Source of the DNA: a virus
Taxonomy: Duplodnaviria; Caudoviricetes
Reading direction: 5' to 3' (one strand)
Length of the DNA: 64,000 nt
Virus record (IMG/VR): IMGVR_UViG_2830247124_000001
Coordinates: 44,995 to 108,994 of that record
Shown here: in pieces, positions 18,301 to 26,333 of the stretch
Layout: every line of letters starts with the position of its first letter
How positions within the stretch are numbered: position 1 is the first letter of the stretch
Program-made: the position numbers and the translations under genes
The notes under the pieces: generated by a model
The model's database searches: none
What the model was told of the DNA's origin: nothing
The model's input: only the letters and a program-made list of their open reading frames with translations

Positions 18301-21300
18301 TTTCGAGCCGGACCCGTCCTCCACCACCGACACCCGCCTGGAGAAGTGGGACGGGCCTGGGCGGTTCAACGGGATCGACGCGCAGGACTACTACATCAAG
18401 CCGGAAAACGGGCGGTCGATCAAAAACAGCAACCCCGACGCCAGCCTTCCCTTCCAGGTAGTCGAGATTCAGGGAGGAGAGCAGGATGTGATCGCGGATT
18501 CCGGCACTGGCCCTGAGCTTTACTGGAAGGACCCGTCGGTAGACTACTCTTCGGTCAGCCGCGACTACGACCTGATCGACACGATCACCGGCATCTCCAG
18601 CACGCGGGAACCGGCCTTTGGGGCGTCGGAGATTGAGGGGAACCTGACCCTTTTCCTGCGGGCAGGCAGCGCGGAGTCGGACGCGAGCTACGACACGATC
18701 AACATGTTTGACGTAACCGATGGGCTCTCGGGTATTTACATCGAGACCCCGAGCGGCGTGCTCATGACGCATTATGCGGCCCGAGAAATCGATGCGGTCT
18801 CCCCCTCCTCCCTATCCTTTACTGCACGGTTTACCGACACACAGGGCACACAGCACTCCAAGGACGTCGCGTTTACCGGATCGGAGGACTCCAATGGCGA
18901 CTTCATCGTTGACGTCTCGATTGGGTCCGTCCTAAACGACGCTGCCATCAGCGAGGTGCGGGTGAAAGAAAATGGGACCGTCGCCTCTGCGTCGTCTGGC
19001 AACACGGCCACCGGATCGGTTACCAACCCTGGCGAAATCATCGTCGAGGTAGAGGGCAAGGACCCGAACACCGGCGACGTGGTCACCTCATCTGAGCAGC
19101 TTCAGACGAGCGTCGATGAGGGGCAGTACAGCATACGGGTCCTGGACGGGAAATCTATCGAGCAGAGCAGCGACGGGGTCATGGACTTTGAGGCGTGGCG
19201 CTCCGACGGAGACGGGACCCGGCAGGTGTCTCTCTCCAATACCGAATTTCAGATGGTCCTGCGACCGAATGAGGCGAATTCGGTCTCGCTGACGGACCCG
19301 GTTGAGGTGAGCCAGTCAGACCTGGACAGCACCACCAACACCCTACAGCTTCAAGACGGAAGCGGCACGGCCCTCGACTCGGTGAGCCTGACGAAGGTCA
19401 ACCAGATCACCCCGAGCCTCCAGTACGAAATTGACCAGAAGTCCAACCTGAAGGGCAATGGCAAGGAGTGGGGGCACCTGAAATTCTTCATAGAAGGAGA
19501 CCCTGCCCAGACGGTCGATACGGTGGGCGTGAGGAAGGCCGTTGCCCAGAACCTCGAAGAGGAAGACCGGAACAAGCCAGAAACGCAGTTCGATGACATA
19601 AGCGGAAACTCCTCCCCGTACACCCAAAAGGTTGAGCTAAAGAAGAAGCACAACTCCTTCATCGAGATCAAGATCACGTTCACCAGTGACCGCGATCCGA
19701 TCCGGAAAGCCTTTACGTTCGACCACGACCTGCGCCCAGAAGCCAACTACGAGGTGCCGAAGGCTAGGTCACAAACTTATGGAGGGAGTATATCAATTGG
19801 TTTCCGGACGTTGGCGAGCAAAGAGCTTATCTACGAAGTCTCGGCACGGGGGGACGCAGATGTCGGCGGGTACAAAATTGTGTTCATCCACGACAAAGGG
19901 GGCACGAATCAGAGAAAGTTCGAGACCCACGTAGAGGGAAGTCAACTAGACACGCTTGTTCCACACGACCAGTGGAGCGACAATAACTCTGTTGGTGATG
20001 GTGTAGAGGACAGCGGGTTCTATATAGACCAACAGAGAATCCTGCAAACCATTCAAAACGAGGCGTATCTCGATACCTACGAAGCAGACATCGAGGTAAC
20101 GGCGTACTCCGGGTGGGACCCGAATGGCGGCCCCACGGGAAATGGCGGCGTTACAGGCCGGAAGGACGAAAACGCATTCAGCAAGAAGGTTGGCGTGCAA
20201 CAGGGAGCAGTCGGTCGTTTCCGGCCAGAGCTTACCACTGTGAACCTGAGTCCGGTGACCAAGGGAACGAACAACGACGAGGTTTCGATCTACGTCGATG
20301 TAAACTCGGATGCGGATGGCTACACCCTCAAGTGGGAGGTGTACGACGATACCGATACTCTAATCAACGAAAAGTATCTTGACGGGTCCAGCGAGTTTGA
20401 CGGCATCCCGATAGAGGGCTCAACAATCGCTCCTGGGGAAAAGCAGTTTTACATCGACAAGGTCCCTGAAGAGTCTGATAGCAACGGCCCTGGGCGGGGA
20501 CTCGTGAAGGTCGTTCCGATTGGATACCAGGGGCAAGTTGCTGAAGCTGGCGAAGAGACAGTCATCTCTCTTGCCCCAAAGACGCAGCCGGGGACGCGGT
20601 TCTCCATTGTTGGAGGCTCTGGAAGCGAGACGACCGTAAGTAGCGACACCACCTCAGCCGGGACCCTGAACGTATCTTCCGACTCCGACGGGGCCGGTGG
20701 CCAGACGTACAACGTCAACGCCCCTCAGAGCATCGGCCCAAACGCAAGTCCGGACTTCTCTGGGCTTTCGCTCAACAGCGGCTCTACCACCGCAAACGAA
20801 ATCACCGACGACACGTCCCTGACCGATGGGAGCGCCACGTCCCTGCCCACGGAGAATGCCGTGAAGTCCTACGTGGATAACAATACTAGCCAGTACACTG
20901 ACAGCGATGCCGTAGACGCTATCGAGTCCACTCGCATTAACAGCCTGCGGCTCGAAAACCAGGAGTTTGATTCTACAAGCGCAGACGAGAGCCAGGGCGT
21001 ATTTGTGTTCGACAAGAGCGCGGGCCTTGCGTACTTCAACGACGCCACCAATGCCCCTGGCGGGGACCTGAGCGGCACCGACGCGACGAAGTGGCACCGG
21101 GTTCTGGATACTAACGTACTGGACACAGGGAGCGAGCTTACCCTGAGCCGCAACGGCACCGAAGGTCAAGTGGGACTCTCTATCGACCAGGGGGACGGGA
21201 GCGAACTCAATGCCGACAAGCTCGACGGCTACGAAGGCAGTGACCTTGCGGCGCGTGGGGAAAACGAGATCATTACTGGTAGATGGAAGTTTCGGGATAA

Positions 21301-24300
21301 TGTTGAGACAGGAGCGGCTGCTGGTGCTTTTATTGAATTTGAGGACGCCACACCTACTCGCACGGGCTTTGTAGGGGACGGCTCAAGCAAGGATTCTGAT
21401 ATATACGTCGGCTCCGATAGCGGAGGCGTGCGGCTTTGGGCGCAGGGAGCTACCCAATTGTACGCAGACCCCGATGGGGTGGGGGTAAACACAACAGAAC
21501 CACAGTCAGCATTTGAGACAGAGGGGCGCATATTGCAATCTGACGGGTCGGTCCCAACTGTTGATGGGGGCGGGATTCAGTCCGTAGAAAGTTTTCCCCG
21601 CCTCGTGCTCGATGACCCCACCGAAGCTACAGACAGCAAGGTGTGGGAGCTTGTCGGAGGGCTTGACGGGAACAGAGGAAACCTTGCGATCCGGGCAGTG
21701 GACGACACGTTCTCCAATGCAACCCGCGCCATTGAGTTTATCCGTAACGGGTACTCAATGAAACAGGTCAACATTCCGTCCGCTCGCGTCGGCATCGGGA
21801 CAAACACCCCCGAATCAGGCAACCTTTTGGATGCCCACTCAAGCGGGTTTTCTCAAGTAACCCTTAGCTCTGATCGTGGGTCGTCAGAGGGTACTAACAT
21901 CGGGGCCTACGCATGGCACGACTCGAATGGGGATCGGAGGGGAGTCATTCACGGGCGGACGAGCGGGATGGTGCGAATTGGAAATCAGGTCGATGGCAGC
22001 ATTTTGAATGTCACCGCTGATCGGCGGGTGGGCGTGCTAACAGAAAGCCCGAACGTGCAATTCGAGGCGACCAAAGGCATCGCAACGGCAGGAGGGAAAG
22101 GCATTGCGCTACAAGGAACCAATGATGTTGACGTTCAAGACTATGGGGTTGTGCTCAATGCGATGGGAACCAGTGGGGCCATTTATATTGACGAGTCAAA
22201 ACTGGACGCGTTCGACATTACCCGATTCCACAATAGCGGGAGCAATTACCGCTCTGTGTTGAAGGCTGATCCGGGGGCCGATGCGATTACTGGTGATTCT
22301 TTTACGGCCAAGACATTTGGATGGCAGATCACCAAGGAGGGAGAGGCAGACTTCCGGCGGATCTATACCGATGAGCTTGTGGCGAAGTCGTTCGTGACGG
22401 ACGTAACGCAGGCCCTTGCCGGAAGCGACTTTCTCACCAAGTCCGTTGCCACGTTGGCCCTCGACTACACCATTCCGTCACCGGGTAATACCTCGGCAAT
22501 GCGGGTCAACGACCTGCCGGGGCAGAAGGGCGTGAAGGTGTTCGAATCGGGGGATTGGGTGCGGTTTCGGGTCGTAGACAAAAGCAGTGGGGGGCTTTCT
22601 GTCTTGGACGTGTGGGGGACCGTCGCATACCTCAACGACGTGGGAGACGGAACGCAGCGGTGGGACTTTACCCGCCAGGATAGCAACACTGCCGCCAATG
22701 GAAAGACGGTCGGAAAAGACGCCGCCGTGCTCGACTACGGGGGCGGCGGGACAGATGACACAGGCAGCATCAGGCGCACCGTAGAGGGCAACAATGCGCC
22801 CCTTGGCGCTATCGAGACGTGGAGCGGCGACCCGATGAGCGGCTCAAATTATACGACGCACCTAGCGTACGGAAACCTCTCGGGCGTGAGCAGCAGCAAC
22901 CCCAACATCAACCCGAGCGGGTGGGGACTCTACACGGAGAACGGATATTTTGAGGGGGAGATTGCCGCGACGACAGGCGAGATCACCGACCACATCACGA
23001 TTAACAACAATACCCGCATCGGAACAGATGCGTTCGGTAGTCAGGCATTCCCGGGCAGTGGAACGACCTCTTGGGTGGGTACAGACAGTGGGGGCAACCA
23101 GGCAACCATCGGCGTAAGCACGCCGAACCACGCTGCTTATTTTTGGGGAGATGCGCCTAACTATGCTTACATGAGGGCGCGAAGTAATTCAAGTAAAAAC
23201 GAGTTTATGGCGGGTCTTTATGGTGGCTTTTGGGAGACACGTCTTATAGTCGGTGGCGATGATATACTACACGCAAACCGGGACGGAAATGGCAAAGTAG
23301 AGCTTTCTTCGTTTACAGTCGGCCCTGAAAGAATCACGAATGGAAACGTCCACATCGGCAACAGTGTCGGAAATCCGTGGATCAACGATAATGCAGTCGT
23401 CATGGGGTACTACAACGACGGATCAATGCCATTCATGGGCATCCGACGAGATTCCAACAACTTTATTGGACTGAACGCGGATTCTGGTAATTATGATATG
23501 CTGGTTCGATCAAATGGGGACGATGTGTTTAGAGTCGAGGGCGGAACCACGACAATCGCCGGATGGACCGTTTCTGGAAACGAGCTTACCACGTACTACG
23601 GAAGTGGAGATATACAACTCGGCGGTGAAGCGAATGGAATCTGGGACAGCAACTCAAATGAGGGAATGTATATCACAGGGTGGTCAGGCGGGAACGCCTC
23701 TCAAATTGGGATCGTCGGGCCGAACGGCGGATGGACCGGATTCTGGAATGATGCCCCGGGCAACCAGTACATGAAGACGGAAAGCCCCGATGGGAATACG
23801 TATTTTCAGGCTGGGGAGGCGGGCGGAAAATGGGTAGTTAATGCGGAAATAGATAACGGCAATGGGGTTAGAACTGAAATGGGGGAGACGTATGCCTCGG
23901 GCGCGATTGGATTTCGGGTCGTGGACATAAGTAACACGTCAAAGCAGATTCGGATGATCGACCGCTCTGGAAACTTGGAGTTTCTTGCTTATGAAAGCAG
24001 CGATGATTTCGTCTCAATAGGAGAGGGGTATCCCCGGCGAAGCGGCGATCCATACGGAGGAAGCGTGTCGGGTATGGGGATTACAGTTGTAGCAAATGGG
24101 AACGTGGTGTTCGAGACGGATACTAGCGGCGCATATGTAGACAACCTCGAAGTGCGATCTAACGCTACCGTAAGAGGGGACGCTATTGTTGAAGACGAAC
24201 TATTCGCACAAGACATTGAATTCACTGGCCAGATACGAACATCGAATTATGAGATCACGCTAAATGCGGGATATGGGTTGTCTATGTTGGCGAGTCAATC

Positions 24301-24937
24301 TGTTGGAGAGAAAAACGCTCTCTCTTGGTTTCAAGACGATGGAAGTGGCTCTCCTGTCACGCAGTCTTACATACAAGGATCTGGCAAGGGATTAGATCTT
24401 AAATCTGAAGGGGAAGTCAAAATGATGGGCGAAGACTTTATATTCACCCCAGATCCGAACTTAGACACTAGCTCTGGCGCTCCCAGATTCAAGGTTTCGG
24501 GAATGAAAATGATTCTTGAAGGTCTGAAAAAACAAGTCTACGCAAATAATGATTGGGAGATTTATCGAACTGACAATGGCTATTTGAAAATCAATGTTCC
24601 ACAGACTAGTTCTGGCCCCACCGCTGATCTTAGAACAGGTCAGATTGGTGGTCTGGAGGTAACGCTAGATGCCGGAGGTTCCTATGGTGGCTCATCAGGC
24701 ATAGAGTATAAGTTTGATTATACAGACAACGGAAGCTACGATACCTCTTGGAGCACCAATCCAGAATCAACTACGACATATAATAGTTATCAGAGCTACA
24801 CTGCTAGAGTAAAAGTAAAAGACAGTGACGGAAAAACTGATACTGATACGGTGAGCTTCACGCTCAGTGACTCAAGTGATGGTGGTAGTGGTGGTAGTGG
24901 TGGTTCTTCTGGTGGTGATAGTACAATTGCATTTTAG
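15305..24937 (+). CDS. Giant tail fibre/adhesin (3210 aa)
   Basis: Asp-box-like repeats (SEDGGLTW, SADHGGSW, SWDDGATW); CBM5/12-like module IPDWDSSVSYAEGDRVFY; fibre motifs LPTENAVKSYVD, LNADKLDG and RVGIGTNTP; C-terminal PKD-like domain. Confidence 0.85.
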   Translation: MPLGPSRPSSNEGSFENNTRGDARKAGYAPEEGPTDFEDTTRNAYVSEYPFQIGTEAILSLSAYLEKEGDVSISVFFADASARLARYSASTSEWSYVPSPGSDQYIQISEDGGLTWNRYPITTPTSSDNAKSIRFQRSADQPEVDATSVTGGTGWNDTPSYPSPQVQRRNTLWATVGRVDTNNGNVVEEWSTPFPVIGVHSSHGVVAQYSGGSGNWSDDYDSLNHSQIRFSADHGGSWTSAFTFSNGSVKFQSGYRPPGYDKNKTDPGIAWTNSPTTDTLEENGTLWALRKNPSTDGPTWLEPVQVVTGSTPWQDRIVSKQNDSGKKKTFETRSDFLSLPLSNQELTYYWRLTGGLLESPIVGYHTFDRNREPEFDGNLTVEGQDLILRLTGDEDVRSYDIAVNIGGSEIPEPSSGEHFERQNFEYGLNLGPIEDGQTALVSVAAYISLGGVGGLERYTDGDTGTRKTFVLENDGDGYVMQGRFSSAKDGPISSQASGGDSFVQISNNGGVRWSKSLDTAGFANTGIQENIYFQRGLGAPEIDTYGTGGPGPDWSNTPPSGSLTLWMTRGPVDENGDLQPWGRWTTPVVFLSEVAGRTMPPDKAIAQFSDQPDGPWYDKYSNTTVGDNAGYVRVSWDDGATWQVSDMDTPDDNPINPVVKQNVVNRFQRSSSEPSVNNGSYSKPGTGWTDFPSTSSSEDLWMISGLADLDKNELIDPWSDPIRLVEPATRPSFIEFGETASGPWNSIYESAGETANTFDPADGYFHISRDNTATWTQSRPLSEAYFKKQTAEPSSTTDPSADGWDETPPEGYPNTEVNLWITMKDGVSWTDPEKVKQDVSPKGPQETEVYIQYSNDKTSWHDDIRESDKWMRQRIGNGLWRGPFRIKGESGDDGRYRNFLFKASRFPNDGPAIDSTIPDWDSSVSYAEGDRVFYDGDGTYEYWVAQSAHSGTAPSTSASQWGNVSENTFDADSGWVDGPFGALQNGDSEEIYVWSINADFEPDPSSTTDTRLEKWDGPGRFNGIDAQDYYIKPENGRSIKNSNPDASLPFQVVEIQGGEQDVIADSGTGPELYWKDPSVDYSSVSRDYDLIDTITGISSTREPAFGASEIEGNLTLFLRAGSAESDASYDTINMFDVTDGLSGIYIETPSGVLMTHYAAREIDAVSPSSLSFTARFTDTQGTQHSKDVAFTGSEDSNGDFIVDVSIGSVLNDAAISEVRVKENGTVASASSGNTATGSVTNPGEIIVEVEGKDPNTGDVVTSSEQLQTSVDEGQYSIRVLDGKSIEQSSDGVMDFEAWRSDGDGTRQVSLSNTEFQMVLRPNEANSVSLTDPVEVSQSDLDSTTNTLQLQDGSGTALDSVSLTKVNQITPSLQYEIDQKSNLKGNGKEWGHLKFFIEGDPAQTVDTVGVRKAVAQNLEEEDRNKPETQFDDISGNSSPYTQKVELKKKHNSFIEIKITFTSDRDPIRKAFTFDHDLRPEANYEVPKARSQTYGGSISIGFRTLASKELIYEVSARGDADVGGYKIVFIHDKGGTNQRKFETHVEGSQLDTLVPHDQWSDNNSVGDGVEDSGFYIDQQRILQTIQNEAYLDTYEADIEVTAYSGWDPNGGPTGNGGVTGRKDENAFSKKVGVQQGAVGRFRPELTTVNLSPVTKGTNNDEVSIYVDVNSDADGYTLKWEVYDDTDTLINEKYLDGSSEFDGIPIEGSTIAPGEKQFYIDKVPEESDSNGPGRGLVKVVPIGYQGQVAEAGEETVISLAPKTQPGTRFSIVGGSGSETTVSSDTTSAGTLNVSSDSDGAGGQTYNVNAPQSIGPNASPDFSGLSLNSGSTTANEITDDTSLTDGSATSLPTENAVKSYVDNNTSQYTDSDAVDAIESTRINSLRLENQEFDSTSADESQGVFVFDKSAGLAYFNDATNAPGGDLSGTDATKWHRVLDTNVLDTGSELTLSRNGTEGQVGLSIDQGDGSELNADKLDGYEGSDLAARGENEIITGRWKFRDNVETGAAAGAFIEFEDATPTRTGFVGDGSSKDSDIYVGSDSGGVRLWAQGATQLYADPDGVGVNTTEPQSAFETEGRILQSDGSVPTVDGGGIQSVESFPRLVLDDPTEATDSKVWELVGGLDGNRGNLAIRAVDDTFSNATRAIEFIRNGYSMKQVNIPSARVGIGTNTPESGNLLDAHSSGFSQVTLSSDRGSSEGTNIGAYAWHDSNGDRRGVIHGRTSGMVRIGNQVDGSILNVTADRRVGVLTESPNVQFEATKGIATAGGKGIALQGTNDVDVQDYGVVLNAMGTSGAIYIDESKLDAFDITRFHNSGSNYRSVLKADPGADAITGDSFTAKTFGWQITKEGEADFRRIYTDELVAKSFVTDVTQALAGSDFLTKSVATLALDYTIPSPGNTSAMRVNDLPGQKGVKVFESGDWVRFRVVDKSSGGLSVLDVWGTVAYLNDVGDGTQRWDFTRQDSNTAANGKTVGKDAAVLDYGGGGTDDTGSIRRTVEGNNAPLGAIETWSGDPMSGSNYTTHLAYGNLSGVSSSNPNINPSGWGLYTENGYFEGEIAATTGEITDHITINNNTRIGTDAFGSQAFPGSGTTSWVGTDSGGNQATIGVSTPNHAAYFWGDAPNYAYMRARSNSSKNEFMAGLYGGFWETRLIVGGDDILHANRDGNGKVELSSFTVGPERITNGNVHIGNSVGNPWINDNAVVMGYYNDGSMPFMGIRRDSNNFIGLNADSGNYDMLVRSNGDDVFRVEGGTTTIAGWTVSGNELTTYYGSGDIQLGGEANGIWDSNSNEGMYITGWSGGNASQIGIVGPNGGWTGFWNDAPGNQYMKTESPDGNTYFQAGEAGGKWVVNAEIDNGNGVRTEMGETYASGAIGFRVVDISNTSKQIRMIDRSGNLEFLAYESSDDFVSIGEGYPRRSGDPYGGSVSGMGITVVANGNVVFETDTSGAYVDNLEVRSNATVRGDAIVEDELFAQDIEFTGQIRTSNYEITLNAGYGLSMLASQSVGEKNALSWFQDDGSGSPVTQSYIQGSGKGLDLKSEGEVKMMGEDFIFTPDPNLDTSSGAPRFKVSGMKMILEGLKKQVYANNDWEIYRTDNGYLKINVPQTSSGPTADLRTGQIGGLEVTLDAGGSYGGSSGIEYKFDYTDNGSYDTSWSTNPESTTTYNSYQSYTARVKVKDSDGKTDTDTVSFTLSDSSDGGSGGSGGSSGGDSTIAF

Positions 24938-24957
24938 ATCTAACTTTAATATATAAT

Positions 24958-25425
24958 ATGAACAGCCGACCAGCCCCTTATAAATCTCCAGTAAGTGGAA
25001 GAGAATGGGATTGCTTTATTCCGTCTGCGGCGTCTCTTCCCACAGGAATTGGAAAGAACGAATTGATTATAGATATTTCCGATGTGAGAGAACATATGGG
25101 GTTTCCAAAGCGATACCGTACGGGTATTGCTACTCTTACAAGAGGGATGAAACGGTTTGTCGTTGGGCCGCCACCTGATCACGTACCTTCGTGTATGTCG
25201 GACCTCTATTGGTACATGAGCCTTGCAGGAGATCGCCTTGTAAAAGGATGGTATGCTACTTGTTTTCTTTTGACCGTGCATCCCTGGGAAGGCGGCAATG
25301 GCCGGACAGCGAGAGAATTTTACCGAAGATATACTGCTTCCAACGAAGACAGAAACTCACTTCGTGGTCGCCTGAGAGGAGCACTTCCCAAATTCCAACC
25401 GCCTAGAAATCTTTATCCGGCTTAA
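24958..25425 (+). CDS. Fic-domain protein
   Basis: HPWEGGNGRTAR (25279-25314) matches the Fic motif HPFx(D/E)GNGRxxR approximately; AT-richer and more basic than its neighbours. Confidence 0.7.
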   Translation: MNSRPAPYKSPVSGREWDCFIPSAASLPTGIGKNELIIDISDVREHMGFPKRYRTGIATLTRGMKRFVVGPPPDHVPSCMSDLYWYMSLAGDRLVKGWYATCFLLTVHPWEGGNGRTAREFYRRYTASNEDRNSLRGRLRGALPKFQPPRNLYPA

Positions 25426-25562
25426 AGCTGTCCCAGGTGGGAGAAGCAAAGGCGGCGATGGCGACTTCTTAAAATCTCGGATCAATCTGAATTCCAACAA
25501 GTAAGACTAACAACACATCATTCAAGACAAAGCAGGACTCCCCTGCACAAGCCAACCCCTCA

Positions 25563-26264
25563 ATGATGCCTACCCTTACAAACGAAGAGATCCTATTCGC
25601 CTTTCAGCGCCTCCAGATGATCGGGCAGCAGGGACTTCCGATCAAGGTGTCCTACGCTGCGACCCAGACGAAGAAGAACCTGGAGCCTTACGCGGAGACC
25701 TTTCAGGAGAAGACCGAGGACGTAGAAGAAGGCACCGACGAGTTTGAAGAGCACCTTTCTCAAGAGTTCGACGTGGAGGTACACGAGGTGGCTCCTGTTC
25801 ATCTGGACGGGAGCGGACTTGCGCCAGAGCTTTTTGTCGGTATCGGCTTTCTCTTCCGCGAAGACGAGGAACGGCAGGAAGAGACGTTCGAGATCACCAA
25901 CGGTGAGCTTCTTCAGGCCACCAACACGCTCTACCGGTGGGCACGCCTTGAATTTGACAGCGGCGGGGCAATCGTCTCTCTCGCCGGTGCAATCGACAGC
26001 CTCCGAGGCAGCGACGCTGGGAAGATGCAAGAGCGCTTGGGAGAGTTCAACCAGCGCATCGAGTCGGCACAGGAGCAGCAAGAGGGCTCAGATCAGGAAG
26101 GCCCAGAGCAAGAGGTCTCCAAGATCGAAGAGGAGCGAGAGAAGTACCTGGAGGAGACTACGGAGGTCACCGTTTCCTTGATTGACCTTGAGGCGATTGC
26201 CTCGAACGAAGACGTTGAGGTCGCCCCGCTGGAAATCGAGATACTGTCCCCTCTTCTCAAATAG
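25563..26264 (+). CDS. Tail-associated hypothetical protein with two internal repeats (DUF1617-like)
   Basis: LPIKVSYA motif; the halves starting LTNEEIL and ITNGELL are similar. Confidence 0.65.
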   Translation: MMPTLTNEEILFAFQRLQMIGQQGLPIKVSYAATQTKKNLEPYAETFQEKTEDVEEGTDEFEEHLSQEFDVEVHEVAPVHLDGSGLAPELFVGIGFLFREDEERQEETFEITNGELLQATNTLYRWARLEFDSGGAIVSLAGAIDSLRGSDAGKMQERLGEFNQRIESAQEQQEGSDQEGPEQEVSKIEEEREKYLEETTEVTVSLIDLEAIASNEDVEVAPLEIEILSPLLK

Positions 26265-26272
26265 AGCAGGTC

Positions 26273-26288
26273 TCAAATAATTCTGTGA
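26273..26288. promoter_or_regulatory. 16-bp palindromic motif, copy 4 (TCAAATAATTCTGTGA)
   Basis: Two mismatches to consensus; intergenic. Confidence 0.65.
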
Positions 26289-26333
26289 GACCGCTTTCCC
26301 TGCGCTTTGCAGGGAACCCACTCTCAAAACTAA

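Noticed and set aside
15305-25500. Diversity-generating retroelement or invertible cassette acting on the fibre
   Set aside because: No reverse transcriptase, invertase or template/variable repeat pair is visible in the window.
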